The notes under the pieces were generated by a model. The model saw only the letters and a program-made list of their open reading frames with translations, made no database searches and was not told where the DNA came from. A DNA stretch of 64,000 nucleotides, taken from Gemmatimonadales bacterium (GTDB lineage: Bacteria > Gemmatimonadota > Gemmatimonadetes > Gemmatimonadales > GWC2-71-9). This document shows, piece after piece, positions 14,115 to 23,919 of the stretch. A program made the translations under genes and the position numbers. Each line of letters begins with the position of its first letter. The stretch's first letter is position 1. The stretch covers positions 1 to 64,000 of the forward strand of contig JBDIWC010000018.1 of NCBI GenBank assembly GCA_039794085.1, read 5' to 3'.

Positions 14115-15346
14115 CTCAGCCCCCGCGCCACCTCTTCCAGCAAGGCTGGCGTGGACTGCATCACCGGCACATGGGCCAGATCCTTGCGCAAGCTAGCCGC
14201 ACGCTCCAGCTCTTCGGGGGTGAGGAGGAGTTCCTCACGCCGAGTCCCGCTGGCGGCCAGGTCCATGGCGGGGTAGATCCGGCGCTCCGCGAGCCCGCGA
14301 TTGAGCACCACCTCGCTGTTGCCCGTCCCCTTGAACTCCTCGAAGATGACCTGGTCGAGCCGGGAGCCGGTGTCGATCAGCGCCGTGGCGATGATCGTCA
14401 GCGAGCCGCCGCCGGTCTGCGGGTCCACTGCCCGGGCGCTTCCGAAGAACCGCTTGGGCGCCTCCATCGCCTCGGCGTCGAGACCGCCCGACAGGGTGCG
14501 GCCCGATCCCCGTTCCGTGGTGTTGTATGCCCGGGCCAGGCGGGTGAGAGAGTCGAGCACCAGCACCACGTTCCCCCCGCATTCGACCTCGCGGCGCGCC
14601 CTTTCCAGCGTCATTTCCGCCAGCATTGTGTGCTGTTCGGGGGGGGAATCGAAGCTGGACGCGATGACCTCCCCCACGCCGACCGTCTCCATGTCGGTTA
14701 CTTCTTCCGGGCGTTCGTCCACCAGGAGGATGAAGAGGCGGGTGTCGGGGTAGTTGGCGGCCACGCCGGAGGCGATCGACTGGAGGATGGTGGTCTTCCC
14801 CGCCTTGGCCGGTGCCACGATGAGGGTGCGTTGGCCCCAGCCCACCGGCGCAAAGAGATCGATGGCGCGATTGATCATCCGGAAGGGCTTGGGGAGCGAC
14901 TCATGATCTAGGCGCATCCGTTCCCGCGGGGCCACGGCGCGAAGCTTGGTGAAGTCGGGGCGCCTCTCGATGGCGGAGGGGTCCCGCCCGTTCACGGTCA
15001 GCACCTCGGTCACGACCCTCCCCTGCCGCCCTCCTCCCCCGTTTCCACCGCCGTTGGAACGACCCCGTCCCTGTCTTCCCCGCCCGCGGTTCCTCCGTCC
15101 CCGACCCGCCCGGCCGTTGCCGTCCGCACCGCCCGGTTCGGATGGGGAAGGCGGTCCCCCGATCTTCCCGGTCACTTCGTCGCCGGCCCGGAGTCCGAGG
15201 CGCCGGATCAAGGCACCCGGAATGACCGGGTCGGATGGAGTCGGGAGATACCCCGCTTCCCGGGTCCGCAACACACCATCGCCACTGTTTCCCCGCGATC
15301 CGAACGCCAGCCATCCCTGGACTGCATTGCCTTCTTGAGTGGTCAC
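14111..15346 (-). CDS. rho: Transcription termination factor Rho (atypical N-terminus, Gly/Arg-rich insertion)
   Basis: GQRTLIVAPAKAGKT, LLVDERPEEVTDM, LDSLTRLARAYN, EEFKGTGNSE, SGTRREELL; GTG 15346 with AAGGAAG SD. Confidence 0.92.
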   Translation of the reverse strand: MTTQEGNAVQGWLAFGSRGNSGDGVLRTREAGYLPTPSDPVIPGALIRRLGLRAGDEVTGKIGGPPSPSEPGGADGNGRAGRGRRNRGRGRQGRGRSNGGGNGGGGRQGRVVTEVLTVNGRDPSAIERRPDFTKLRAVAPRERMRLDHESLPKPFRMINRAIDLFAPVGWGQRTLIVAPAKAGKTTILQSIASGVAANYPDTRLFILLVDERPEEVTDMETVGVGEVIASSFDSPPEQHTMLAEMTLERARREVECGGNVVLVLDSLTRLARAYNTTERGSGRTLSGGLDAEAMEAPKRFFGSARAVDPQTGGGSLTIIATALIDTGSRLDQVIFEEFKGTGNSEVVLNRGLAERRIYPAMDLAASGTRREELLLTPEELERAASLRKDLAHVPVMQSTPALLEEVARGLR

Positions 15347-15427
15347 CGACAGACTTCCTTTCTCCGTTGTTTCACGATGGGGCGCGCAGTGCGCCCGGTT
15401 CCCATCCCGTACCGTGGAGGATGTTTG

Positions 15428-16993
15428 ATGCGCTCTCTGGTTCCGCTCTGTGCCCTCGTGGCCGGCCTCGCACCCGCCCCCGCCGTGGCCCAGACTCTCC
15501 CGGTCGAGAGTCCGGTCCTGCGCCGGATCTGGGAGGTGGGAATGCAATCCTCCCAGGTCGACCCCCTGATCCAGACCCTCACCGATTCGATCGGTCCCCG
15601 GCTCACCGGCACGCCGGGGATGGAACGGGGCCAGGCCTGGCTTCAAGCCATGTACCGCCAGTGGGGCATCCCCGCCCGGGTCGAGCAGTATGGCACCTGG
15701 CTGGGCTGGCGACGCGGCACGACCCATGTGGACCTGATCGCTCCCCGAGTCCGCTCCCTGGAGGGCATGATGCTCGCCTGGAGCGCCGGCACCGGGGGCC
15801 GTCCGGTTCAGGGGGCCGTGGTGCTCCTCCCCGATCTTCCCGACTCGGCGGCCTACGCTGCATGGCTCCCGACGGTTCGCGGCAAGTTCGTGGCCCTCAG
15901 TGCTCCCGAGCCCACCTGCCGCCCCGAGGGAAATCTCCGGGAGTTCGGGCGACCGGAAACGGTAACGGCTCTCCTCGACCAGCGGACCCGCATCCGGAAC
16001 GACTGGACCGGCCGCGCCACCCGCACCGGATTCAACGCACGCACCCTCCCGGTCCGCCTGGAAACCGCCGGTGCGGCGGGGGTGATCACGTCGCTCTGGT
16101 CCGGAGGATGGGGTACCACGCGCATCTTCCAGGCCCGGACCACCCGGGTTCCCACCGTGGAGCTCAGCTGTGAGGACTACGGCCTGGTGACGCGACTCGC
16201 CGATCGGGGCCAGGCCCCCACGATCCGGGTCACCGCCGATGCCGAGTTTCTGGGGGACGTCCCCGTCTACAACGTCATCGGGGAGATCCGCGGTTCCGAG
16301 CGTCCCGACGAGTATGTCATGCTCTCGGCCCACTTCGATTCGTGGGATGGCTCCAGTGGCGCCACGGACAACGGAACCGGCACGGTGACGATGCTCGAAG
16401 CGATGCGTATCCTCCGAGAGGTCTACCCAGCGCCCCGACGGACCATTCTGGTCGGGCACTGGAGTGGAGAAGAGCAGGGGCTCAACGGCTCACGAGCCTT
16501 CGCCGAGGACCACCCCGAGGTGGTGCGCGGACTCCAGGCGCTCTTCAATCAGGACAACGGGACCGGTCGCGTCGTCAACATGTCGGCGTCCGGTTTGGCC
16601 GGCGCCGCGCCCCGGATTGCCGGGTGGGTCAGCCGACTGCCCACAGAACTCTCGCAGCAGATCAATCTGTCCCTGCCCGGCGGGCCCGCGGGAGGAGGAT
16701 CGGACCACGCGGCGTTCGTCTGCCACGGTGCCCCAGGGTTTTCGCTCGGTGCGCTGGGCTGGGACTATGGAAGTTACACCTGGCACACCAATCGCGACAC
16801 CTACGACAAGGTGATCCTGGATGAATTGAAATCGAATGCCACCCTGACCGCAATGCTTGTCTACATGGCGAGCGAGGAGCCGGGGGAGACCTCCCGGGTC
16901 CAGCGCGTGGTGCCACCCACCCGTTCGGGGGCCCCCGGGACATGGCCCGCCTGCCAGAAACCGGCCCGGTCCTTCGCCGAATCGACCCGCTGA
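15428..16993 (+). CDS. Secreted M28-family metallopeptidase (carboxypeptidase Q-like)
   Basis: Signal peptide; SAHFDSW, GATDNGTG, GEEQGLNGS, SDH, WHTNRDTYD. Confidence 0.9.
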   Translation: MRSLVPLCALVAGLAPAPAVAQTLPVESPVLRRIWEVGMQSSQVDPLIQTLTDSIGPRLTGTPGMERGQAWLQAMYRQWGIPARVEQYGTWLGWRRGTTHVDLIAPRVRSLEGMMLAWSAGTGGRPVQGAVVLLPDLPDSAAYAAWLPTVRGKFVALSAPEPTCRPEGNLREFGRPETVTALLDQRTRIRNDWTGRATRTGFNARTLPVRLETAGAAGVITSLWSGGWGTTRIFQARTTRVPTVELSCEDYGLVTRLADRGQAPTIRVTADAEFLGDVPVYNVIGEIRGSERPDEYVMLSAHFDSWDGSSGATDNGTGTVTMLEAMRILREVYPAPRRTILVGHWSGEEQGLNGSRAFAEDHPEVVRGLQALFNQDNGTGRVVNMSASGLAGAAPRIAGWVSRLPTELSQQINLSLPGGPAGGGSDHAAFVCHGAPGFSLGALGWDYGSYTWHTNRDTYDKVILDELKSNATLTAMLVYMASEEPGETSRVQRVVPPTRSGAPGTWPACQKPARSFAESTR

Positions 16994-16995
16994 TG

Positions 16996-17059
16996 GGAGG
17001 AGCAAGGAGCAGGGAGGAGGGAGTGGGGAGAAGGGAGTAGGGAGAAGGGAGTAGGGGAG
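16996..17059. repeat. Degenerate (TAGGGAG)n heptamer array after the peptidase stop
   Basis: gggaggagcaaggagcagggaggagggagtggggagaagggagtaggggagaagggagtaggggag. Confidence 0.75.
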
Positions 17060-17363
17060 CGTTTCCCTTGCGTCGTTCCCTTGGCTGTAATTCTGTGGTT
17101 CCCGGAGCGTGGGCGAGTGGGGCATCCTGGTGGGTGCCCCGCTTCGCCCGCAACCCTGCCGATTGTTCCACCGTCAAACATACCGGTTCTTCCGAGTTTC
17201 ATGCGGGCCGTGCCATGCGGCGATCGTCACTGAGCCGGGACCCAGAAATGGGTCACGCGGAGACGCGGAGGCGCGGAGATTGAGTCGATGAGATCTACCC
17301 TATGGCGTCGGGAGCAGTGCCGATTGGTGCTGGTGGTGGGTGGGGCCACCTCATTTTTTGGTT

Positions 17364-17440
17364 CTTCAGGAATTGGCACGGGTTCATGTCCAGCCGGAGT
17401 GCCTCACCTCCCCCAGAGCCAACCAGAAGAAGCAGAAGAA
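17364..17440. repeat. ~85 bp dispersed repeat, copy 1 (others at 32516-32600 and inverted at 49920-50007)
   Basis: Conserved TTCATG..CCGGAG.RCCTC..AGCCAACCASAAGAAGCA. Confidence 0.8.
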
Positions 17441-17491
17441 ATGGGGGCACTCCCCGCTTGTGCGGCGAGGTGCTCCGGTCGTCCGGCGGGT

Positions 17492-17608
17492 GGGGAAATG
17501 GCCACAAGAGGCACAGAAGACACAAGAGGTACGAGACCCTGCGGAGGAGTGACGAACCGACGGATATCCGCGTCGTACCTTTTGTGGTTTTTGTGCTTTT
17601 TGTGGTTG
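17492..17608. repeat. Inverted pair of 9-mer triplets (CCACAAGAGG CACAGAAGA CACAAGAG / CTTTTGTG..TTTGTGGTT)
   Basis: Directly visible; the left arm is close to the reverse complement of 23-59. Confidence 0.8.
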
Positions 17609-17917
17609 ACCCTCGGGTGAGGCGGGGTGCTACGCCGGTCAAACGGTTTCAAACGGTGCATTCTGGACAGTGGTTCTCTCGGTGCCACGAGGGCGCACAG
17701 AGGTGGTCCCACGGACTCGTCATCGTTGGCGCCACCAGACTGTTCGGTCTTGGGACGACGAATCCCAGATACGCACACTTTTTCCCCGACACGCACCCAT
17801 CACCTGTACGTCCAAGGTGTTCATTGACAACAGCTTGTGGCGCTGAGTGGCGCGCGGCACGCAACTTCCTTTATCGGCCCGGTGGCACGGATAGTCTGAA
17901 CCATCGAGGAGTGAGCA

Positions 17918-19165
17918 TTGGACATACAGCGCGACCCGCCAAAGAAGACCAAACGCTGGGTCTATCTGGGGGCCGGCATCGGGGTTGTGGTGATCGGGAC
18001 AGTGATGCTCGCCCGCCTCGAACCGGCCGCGCCCTCCGTTGACCGTGGCATCCTTTTCGTCGATTCCGTCATGCGGGGGGAGATGGTGCGCGAGGTGCGC
18101 GGCCCCGGCACTCTCGTCCCCGAAAATCTCCGCTTCATCTCGGCGGTCACCGCCGGACGGGTGGAACGGATCCAGCTCCTCCCGGGTGCGGAGGTGGAGG
18201 AGAACACCGTGCTGATGGAACTCAGCAATCCGGATGTCCAGATCCAGGCTCTCAATGCGGAGCGCCAGCTCACCGACGCCCAGGCGGCGGTGGTGACGCT
18301 CCGAACCAATCTGGAGAATGGCCGACTCAGCCAGGCCTCCCTGGTGGCGGACCTGAAGCAGCAGGCGGCCGATGCCAAGCGCCGGGCTGAAGCGGGGGCG
18401 GAGTTGCTGAAAAAGGGATTAATCATTCCCCTGGACCAGATGCAGGCCCAGGACAAGGCGGAGGCCTTGGAGAGTCGGCTGCGCATCGAGAAGGAGCGAC
18501 TGGAACTCCTGTCGTCCACGATCGACAGCCAGCTCAGTGTGCAGCAGGAACAGGTGGAGCGACTCAAGGCAATCACGCGCTTCCAGCAGCAGCAGGTGGT
18601 GTCGATGGTGGTGCGGGCCGGGGCATCGGGTGTGCTGCAGGAGGTCCCGTTGCAGGTGGGGCAGTGGGCCAATCCGGGAGTGGTGCTGGCGCGGATTGTC
18701 CCCGTGCCCCAGCGGCTCAAGGCGGTGTTGCGCATTCCCGAAGTCCAGGCCAAGGACATTCAGATCGGCCAGTCCGCCACCATTGACACCCGCAACGGAC
18801 TCGCGCCGGGTCATGTGACCCGGGTGGATCCCTCGGTGATCAATGGAACGGTGACGGTGGACGTGGCGCTCGACGGGGAACCTCCGAGTGGCGCCCGCCC
18901 CGATCTGAGCGTGGACGGGGTGATCGAGATCGAGCGCCTGACGGATGTGTTGTACACCGGTCGTCCCGCGTACGGACAGGCCAACGCCACCGTGGGGATC
19001 TTCCGCATCGAGCCGGATGGGTCGCACGCCGTGCGCGTCCCGGTGCAGCTCGGCCGGACCTCGGTCAACCACGTCGAGATCCAGAGCGGATTGTCCGTGG
19101 GAGACAAGGTGATTCTCTCCGACATGTCCCGGTGGGATGCCGTGGACCGGGTCCGTCTCAAGTGA
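17918..19165 (+). CDS. HlyD/MacA-family periplasmic adaptor subunit
   Basis: N-terminal TM, VRGPGTLVP, coiled coil, ARPDLSVDG; first gene of the ABC operon; TTG start. Confidence 0.88.
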   Translation: MDIQRDPPKKTKRWVYLGAGIGVVVIGTVMLARLEPAAPSVDRGILFVDSVMRGEMVREVRGPGTLVPENLRFISAVTAGRVERIQLLPGAEVEENTVLMELSNPDVQIQALNAERQLTDAQAAVVTLRTNLENGRLSQASLVADLKQQAADAKRRAEAGAELLKKGLIIPLDQMQAQDKAEALESRLRIEKERLELLSSTIDSQLSVQQEQVERLKAITRFQQQQVVSMVVRAGASGVLQEVPLQVGQWANPGVVLARIVPVPQRLKAVLRIPEVQAKDIQIGQSATIDTRNGLAPGHVTRVDPSVINGTVTVDVALDGEPPSGARPDLSVDGVIEIERLTDVLYTGRPAYGQANATVGIFRIEPDGSHAVRVPVQLGRTSVNHVEIQSGLSVGDKVILSDMSRWDAVDRVRLK

Positions 19166-19231
19166 CCCAACACCCAATACCCAACACCCAGGACCTAGGA
19201 CCTAGGACCTAGGACCCAGGACCCAGCACCC
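19166..19231. repeat. Heptamer array grading from CCCAAYA to CCYAGGA, inside the operon
   Basis: cccaacacccaatacccaacacccaggacctaggacctaggacctaggacccaggacccagcaccc. Confidence 0.9.
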
Positions 19232-19260
19232 GTCATTTGCCACCCCACCCGGAGCTCCCT

Positions 19261-19971
19261 ATGACCACCCCGGACACCCTGATCCGCCTCGAGAGCATGA
19301 AGAAGGTGTTTTACACCGACGAACTGGAAACCCATGCCCTCGCGGACATCCATCTGGAGATCCGGAAAGGGGAGTACATCGCGATCAGCGGTCCCTCGGG
19401 CTGCGGCAAGACCACCCTGCTCTCCATTCTCGGCCTGCTCGACGCGCCGACGAGCGGGACGTACATGCTCGCGGGCCAGCCGGTGTCGAGCCTGACGCCG
19501 AGCGAACGGGCCCGGGTCCGGAACCGGCAGATCGGGTTCATCTTCCAGGCCTTCAACCTGATCGGTGATCTCACGGTGTACGAGAACGTGGAGCTCCCGC
19601 TCACCTATCGTGGGATGCCCTCGGCGGAACGCGCCCAGCGGGTGCAGAGCGCGCTGGAGAGGGTGGGAATGGCCCACCGGATGAAGCACTATCCCTCCCA
19701 GTTGAGCGGGGGCCAGCAGCAGCGCGTGGCCGTGGCCCGGGCCGTGGCGGGCGATCCCGCCATTCTCCTGGCCGACGAGCCGACCGGAAACCTCGACTCC
19801 CAGAACGGCGAAGCGGTGATGGAGCTGCTGCGCGAGCTGCACCGCGGCGGCGCCACCATCTGCATGGTGACCCACGATCCCCGCTACGCCCGCCACGCCG
19901 ACCGGGAGGTCCACCTCTTCGACGGCAAGGTGGTGGAGGAGGATCACCTGGTGGAGGCCCTCGCGAACTGA
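19261..19971 (+). CDS. ABC transporter ATP-binding protein (LolD/MacB-like)
   Basis: GPSGCGKT, LSGGQQQR, LADEPTGNLD, VTHD. Confidence 0.95.
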   Translation: MTTPDTLIRLESMKKVFYTDELETHALADIHLEIRKGEYIAISGPSGCGKTTLLSILGLLDAPTSGTYMLAGQPVSSLTPSERARVRNRQIGFIFQAFNLIGDLTVYENVELPLTYRGMPSAERAQRVQSALERVGMAHRMKHYPSQLSGGQQQRVAVARAVAGDPAILLADEPTGNLDSQNGEAVMELLRELHRGGATICMVTHDPRYARHADREVHLFDGKVVEEDHLVEALAN

Positions 19972-20013
19972 GTTCCCGGGGCGTCGACCCCTTCCTGAAC
20001 GACGGAGGACAGC

Positions 20014-22428
20014 ATGCTCGGTTCGTGGGCCACTGACCTGCGGCACGCCGCGAGGAACCTCGGACGTTCCCCCAGCCTTGCCCTGGTCATCATCCTCTCG
20101 GTGGGTCTCGGCATCGGCGCCAACACCCTGGTGTTCACCTGGATGGACGCGCTGGTGCTCCGGCCTCTCCCGGGGGTCGCCGAGGCCGACCGCCTGGTGA
20201 GGGTCAATACTCTGGGTACTGGAGGAGCGGTCTGGTCGATTTCCTGGCCGGCCTATCGCGACTGGCGGGTCGAGAACACGGGTCTCGATGGACTCGCGGT
20301 GTACGACATGACTCAGTTCGGCCTGCGTACCGACGCCGGGATCGAACGGGTCTGGGGAAACTACGTGTCGGGGAACATCTTCGACGTGCTCCGTGTTCCC
20401 ATGCGTATGGGGCGGGGGTTCCACCCAGAAGAGGAGGATCAGGGGGCACCGGTGGCCGTCATCTCCCATGCCTTCTGGCGGCGACACTTCCGTTCCGATC
20501 CCGGTGTTCTGGGGCAATACCTGGTTCTGAACGGACTCTCGGTTGCGGTGGTTGGCGTCACGGAACCTCGTTTCAACGGACCCGAAGTGGGGCTGGGTTT
20601 CGACCTGTACGTCCCGGCCACGCTGCGGGCCCGGTTTGGGAACCCCGAGATATTCGAGCGGCGCGGCAGCCAGTGGCTCTCCGGCATTGCGCGGCTCATG
20701 CCCGGCGTGACGACCGAGCAGGCCAACGCCAACCTCGATGCCGTTGCCCGTCGAATCGCCGAGGCCAACGGCCGGGTGGATGAAGGGGCCCTGGTGCAAC
20801 CGCTTGGAGACGTCGGCGCCGCGGCCACCCTCAAGCCTGTCTTCCTCGCTCTGCTCGGCGTGACGGCCCTCGTCCTCCTCATCGCCTGCGCCAATGTGGC
20901 CAACCTGCTTCTGGCCCGCGCCTCGGGGCGACAGCGGGAAATCGGAATTCGCCTCGCCATCGGTGCGGGACGAGGGCGCATCATCCGGCAACTTCTGGCC
21001 GAGAGCACGGTTCTCGCCGTGTTGGGCGGAGCGGTGGCCCTGCTGTTGGTGGCCTGGGGACGGGACCTGCTCGCTGCACTGATCCCGGCGGGTCCTTTCC
21101 CTCTCAACCTCGACGTGCGGGTGGACGGTCCCATTCTCGCCTTCGCCGCGGCAGTCACCGGGGCCACGATTCTGCTGTTTGGGCTGGTGCCCGCCCTGCG
21201 GGCGTCGCGCCCCGACCTGGTCCCGGTGCTGAAGGATGAGATGGGAGGCCCGCTCGGACGGTCCCGGCTCCGCAACGCCATGGTGATCGGTCAGGTGGCG
21301 CTGGCCTCGGTGACCCTGGTCGCCGCGGGTCTCTTTCTGCGGGGGCTCTCCCGGGCCAGCGAGGTGAACCTCGGGTTCACCGATCCCGATCGGGTGCTTC
21401 TGGTCTCCACCGATCTCTCGCTCGCGGGGATGAACGACTCGGTGGCCATGATCACCATGACCCAGGCGCTGGAACGGGTGCGGCAGGTGCCCGGTGTGGT
21501 GTCCGCCGCCTGGTCCACCTTCACGCCGCTCGGGTTCGGCGGCTCCAGTTCCAGCACGATCGAGGTCGCCGGCCATGAAGCGGCTCCGGGGGAAAACATG
21601 TCGATCCAGTACGCCATCGTTTCCGACGGCTACATGGAGACGATGGGGATGACACTGCGTGAGGGAAGAGCCCTCGGCGAGGAAGATCGCCTCGGGGCCG
21701 AGCCGGTGGCGGTGGTGAACGAGACCTTCGCCCGGCGCTTCTTCAAGGGACAGGCGCTGGGACAGGTCTTCAACCAGGGTGGTCCGGACCTGCGCATTGT
21801 CGGGGTCGTGGAGGACGTCAAGGTTGGATCCCTGACGGAGGCACCGCTCCCCTTCCTCTACAGGGTGCTGGCGCAATCCCCTCGCAGGCAGGCCACGCTG
21901 CATGTGCGCGGCACGGCCGACAACGCGATGGCCCTTGCCGAGCCCCTGCGCCGGGAACTGGCCCAGGTCACACCCGACCTCCCTTTCCTCGATCCGCGGA
22001 CCATGGCAGAGCAGATCGAGCCGGCCACCATTGGGCAGCGGATCGGGTCGCGCATGCTCGGCGTCTTCGGGTTTCTCTCCCTCCTGCTCGCCGGGATCGG
22101 CATCTATGCCGTGATGGCGCAGTCGGTGACCCAGCGAACCCGGGAGATCGGGGTGCGAGTGGCCCTGGGCGCCAACCGGCAAGCCCTCCTTCGGATGGTG
22201 GTGGGACAGGCGATGCGGCTGACCGCCATCGGCCTCGTGGTGGGAGGCATCCTGGGAGCCGGCGCGGGAGTCCTGCTTCGAAGCCTGATCTTCGGGGTGA
22301 GCCCCCTCGATCCGGTGACCTTCGGCGTGATGATCGTGACCTTCGGGGTGGTCGCGGTCGCGGCCAGCGCCCTCCCCGCCCGGCGCGCGGCATCGATCGA
22401 TCCGGTGGAGGCCCTGCGGGCGCAGTAG
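20014..22428 (+). CDS. Duplicated MacB/FtsX-type ABC permease
   Basis: LLIACANVANLLLAR..REIGIRLAIGA and QRTREIGVRVALGA repeats; PARRAASIDPVEALR C-terminus. Confidence 0.93.
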   Translation: MLGSWATDLRHAARNLGRSPSLALVIILSVGLGIGANTLVFTWMDALVLRPLPGVAEADRLVRVNTLGTGGAVWSISWPAYRDWRVENTGLDGLAVYDMTQFGLRTDAGIERVWGNYVSGNIFDVLRVPMRMGRGFHPEEEDQGAPVAVISHAFWRRHFRSDPGVLGQYLVLNGLSVAVVGVTEPRFNGPEVGLGFDLYVPATLRARFGNPEIFERRGSQWLSGIARLMPGVTTEQANANLDAVARRIAEANGRVDEGALVQPLGDVGAAATLKPVFLALLGVTALVLLIACANVANLLLARASGRQREIGIRLAIGAGRGRIIRQLLAESTVLAVLGGAVALLLVAWGRDLLAALIPAGPFPLNLDVRVDGPILAFAAAVTGATILLFGLVPALRASRPDLVPVLKDEMGGPLGRSRLRNAMVIGQVALASVTLVAAGLFLRGLSRASEVNLGFTDPDRVLLVSTDLSLAGMNDSVAMITMTQALERVRQVPGVVSAAWSTFTPLGFGGSSSSTIEVAGHEAAPGENMSIQYAIVSDGYMETMGMTLREGRALGEEDRLGAEPVAVVNETFARRFFKGQALGQVFNQGGPDLRIVGVVEDVKVGSLTEAPLPFLYRVLAQSPRRQATLHVRGTADNAMALAEPLRRELAQVTPDLPFLDPRTMAEQIEPATIGQRIGSRMLGVFGFLSLLLAGIGIYAVMAQSVTQRTREIGVRVALGANRQALLRMVVGQAMRLTAIGLVVGGILGAGAGVLLRSLIFGVSPLDPVTFGVMIVTFGVVAVAASALPARRAASIDPVEALRAQ

Positions 22429-22504
22429 ATTCCTCCCCGGGACGCCGCCGGTGCCGCAACGGGCCCGACGGTGTCCCCCGGGGCCTCCAACGGAAACGCA
22501 CACC

Positions 22505-23167
22505 ATGATCCGCCTGGTCAACATCGAAAAGTCCTATCCCACCGGACCCTCCCGGACCTGGGTGCTCCGGCAGGTCTCGATCGAGATCGCCGCAGGGGAG
22601 TTCGTCACCATCATGGGTCCCTCGGGTGCCGGCAAGTCCACCCTGCTCGGAATCCTCGGGATGCTCGATGCCGAGTGGAGCGGGGAGTATCACCTGGATG
22701 ATCACCCCGTGCATGCGATGAAGCAGCGTCAGCGAGCGGAGCTGAACAAGGCGATGATCGGATTCGTCTTCCAGCAGTATCACCTCCTCGACAGCCTCAC
22801 CGTCTACGAAAACCTCGAGACTCCCCTCTCCTACCGCAACTACACCCGGTCCGAGCGGCAGTCCCGCGTGGCGGACGTACTCGATCGTTTCCGGATCGTC
22901 GGAAAGAAGGATCTTTTTCCCTCGCAGCTCTCCGGCGGGCAGCAACAGCTCGTGGGGGTGGCCCGGGCCGTCATGGCGGAGCCGAAGATCATCCTGGCGG
23001 ACGAACCGACCGGCAACCTGCACTCCACGCAGGCCCGGGAGATCATGGAACTCTTCCGAGAGCTCAACCAGGGCGGCACCACGATCGTGCAGGTGACCCA
23101 CAGCGAGGAAAACGCCCGGTACGGCAACCGGGTGGTTCAGTTGAAGGATGGTTGGGTGGTAGCGTAG
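22505..23167 (+). CDS. Second ABC transporter ATP-binding protein
   Basis: GPSGAGKST, LSGGQQQL, LADEPTGNLH, VTHS. Confidence 0.95.
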   Translation: MIRLVNIEKSYPTGPSRTWVLRQVSIEIAAGEFVTIMGPSGAGKSTLLGILGMLDAEWSGEYHLDDHPVHAMKQRQRAELNKAMIGFVFQQYHLLDSLTVYENLETPLSYRNYTRSERQSRVADVLDRFRIVGKKDLFPSQLSGGQQQLVGVARAVMAEPKIILADEPTGNLHSTQAREIMELFRELNQGGTTIVQVTHSEENARYGNRVVQLKDGWVVA

Positions 23168-23330
23168 GCGGTAGGCGATAGGCGGTGGGCGGTAGGGAAC
23201 GTAGGCGGTAGGTGATAAGGCGGTAGGCAGTAGGGGAACATAGGCGGTAGGCGATAAGGTGGTAAACGATAGGCGGTAGGCGATAGGCGGTAGGAGGTAG
23301 CAGGTAGGGAACGTAGGCCGTAGGCGACGG
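23160..23330. repeat. (TAGGCGG)n heptamer array, ~170 bp
   Basis: Starts at the ATPase TAG stop; inverse arrays at 23860-23915 and 26680-26730. Confidence 0.95.
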
Positions 23331-23417
23331 GTGGGAGGCACAGGGGCTGCGATAAGATGATTGTGGTCGCGCGATTGTGGTCCTTCCACGAAGGGCCGGC
23401 GGTGATAGCATTCCCTG

Positions 23418-23809
23418 ATGGGGAATCAGGCGACGTCCTTCCGGGACCTGTTGGTGTGGCAGCGTGCCATGGATGCATCGGTGGAGGTGCTCCGGCTCGC
23501 CCGGATCCTCCCACGGGAGCTCCGGGATAGTCTCGGGGGCCAGATGCGCGGGCGGCGATCTCGGTCGTGAGCAATATTGCCGAGGGGCACGGCAGGCGGC
23601 ACCGGAAGGAGTATATTCATCATGTTGCCATTGCCAGCGGCTCGCTGAAGGAGATGGAAACGCAGTTGCTGTTGCTGCGGAGACATGACTCGCGATTCGC
23701 GGAGGATGTCGATCGGATTCTGGCCATCACCGACGAAACGGGCAGGATGCTGACAGGACTGTATCGGGCGCTCAAAAGCCCACGGTCGACTCCTGACACC
23801 CGTGGATGA
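23418..23809 (+). pseudogene. Four-helix-bundle protein (23S rRNA IVP / bAvd-like family), 1-nt frameshift near 23550
   Basis: Frame 1 gives MGNQATSFRDLLVWQRAM..LGGQMR; the shifted frame gives AAISVVSNIAEGHGR..SGSLKEMETQL; together they rebuild the QxRRAAxSxxxNIAEG family motif. Confidence 0.85.
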
Positions 23810-23859
23810 TCAGGCCATCCTGTGGTTGACCCCGTCGCCTCTCGCGTCCTCTATGGCCC

Positions 23860-23915
23860 ACCGCCAGCCGCCTTCTCTATCGCCTACCGCCTACCGCCTA
23901 CCGTCTACCGCCTAT
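23860..23915. repeat. (CCGCCTA)n array, inverse of 23160-23330
   Basis: ctatcgcctaccgcctaccgcctaccgtctaccgcctatc. Confidence 0.92.
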
Positions 23916-23919
23916 CTCT

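Noticed and set aside
17848..17900. Sigma54 promoter for the ABC operon (TGGCGCG.., CGGCACG.., TGGCACG..)
   Set aside because: Good -24 boxes but none has a proper TTGC at -12; plausible from context but unsupported
17000..17900. ORFs 17302-18042, 17288-17620 and neighbours
   Set aside because: Translations are dominated by repeat-derived peptides (HKRHRRHKR, FVVFVLFVV); region treated as non-coding
23160..23330. Possible CRISPR array
   Set aside because: 7-bp tandem units without unique spacers; no cas genes in the window
23418..23809. Diversity-generating retroelement suggested by the Avd-like gene
   Set aside because: No reverse transcriptase and no template/variable repeat pair with adenine-specific mismatches seen
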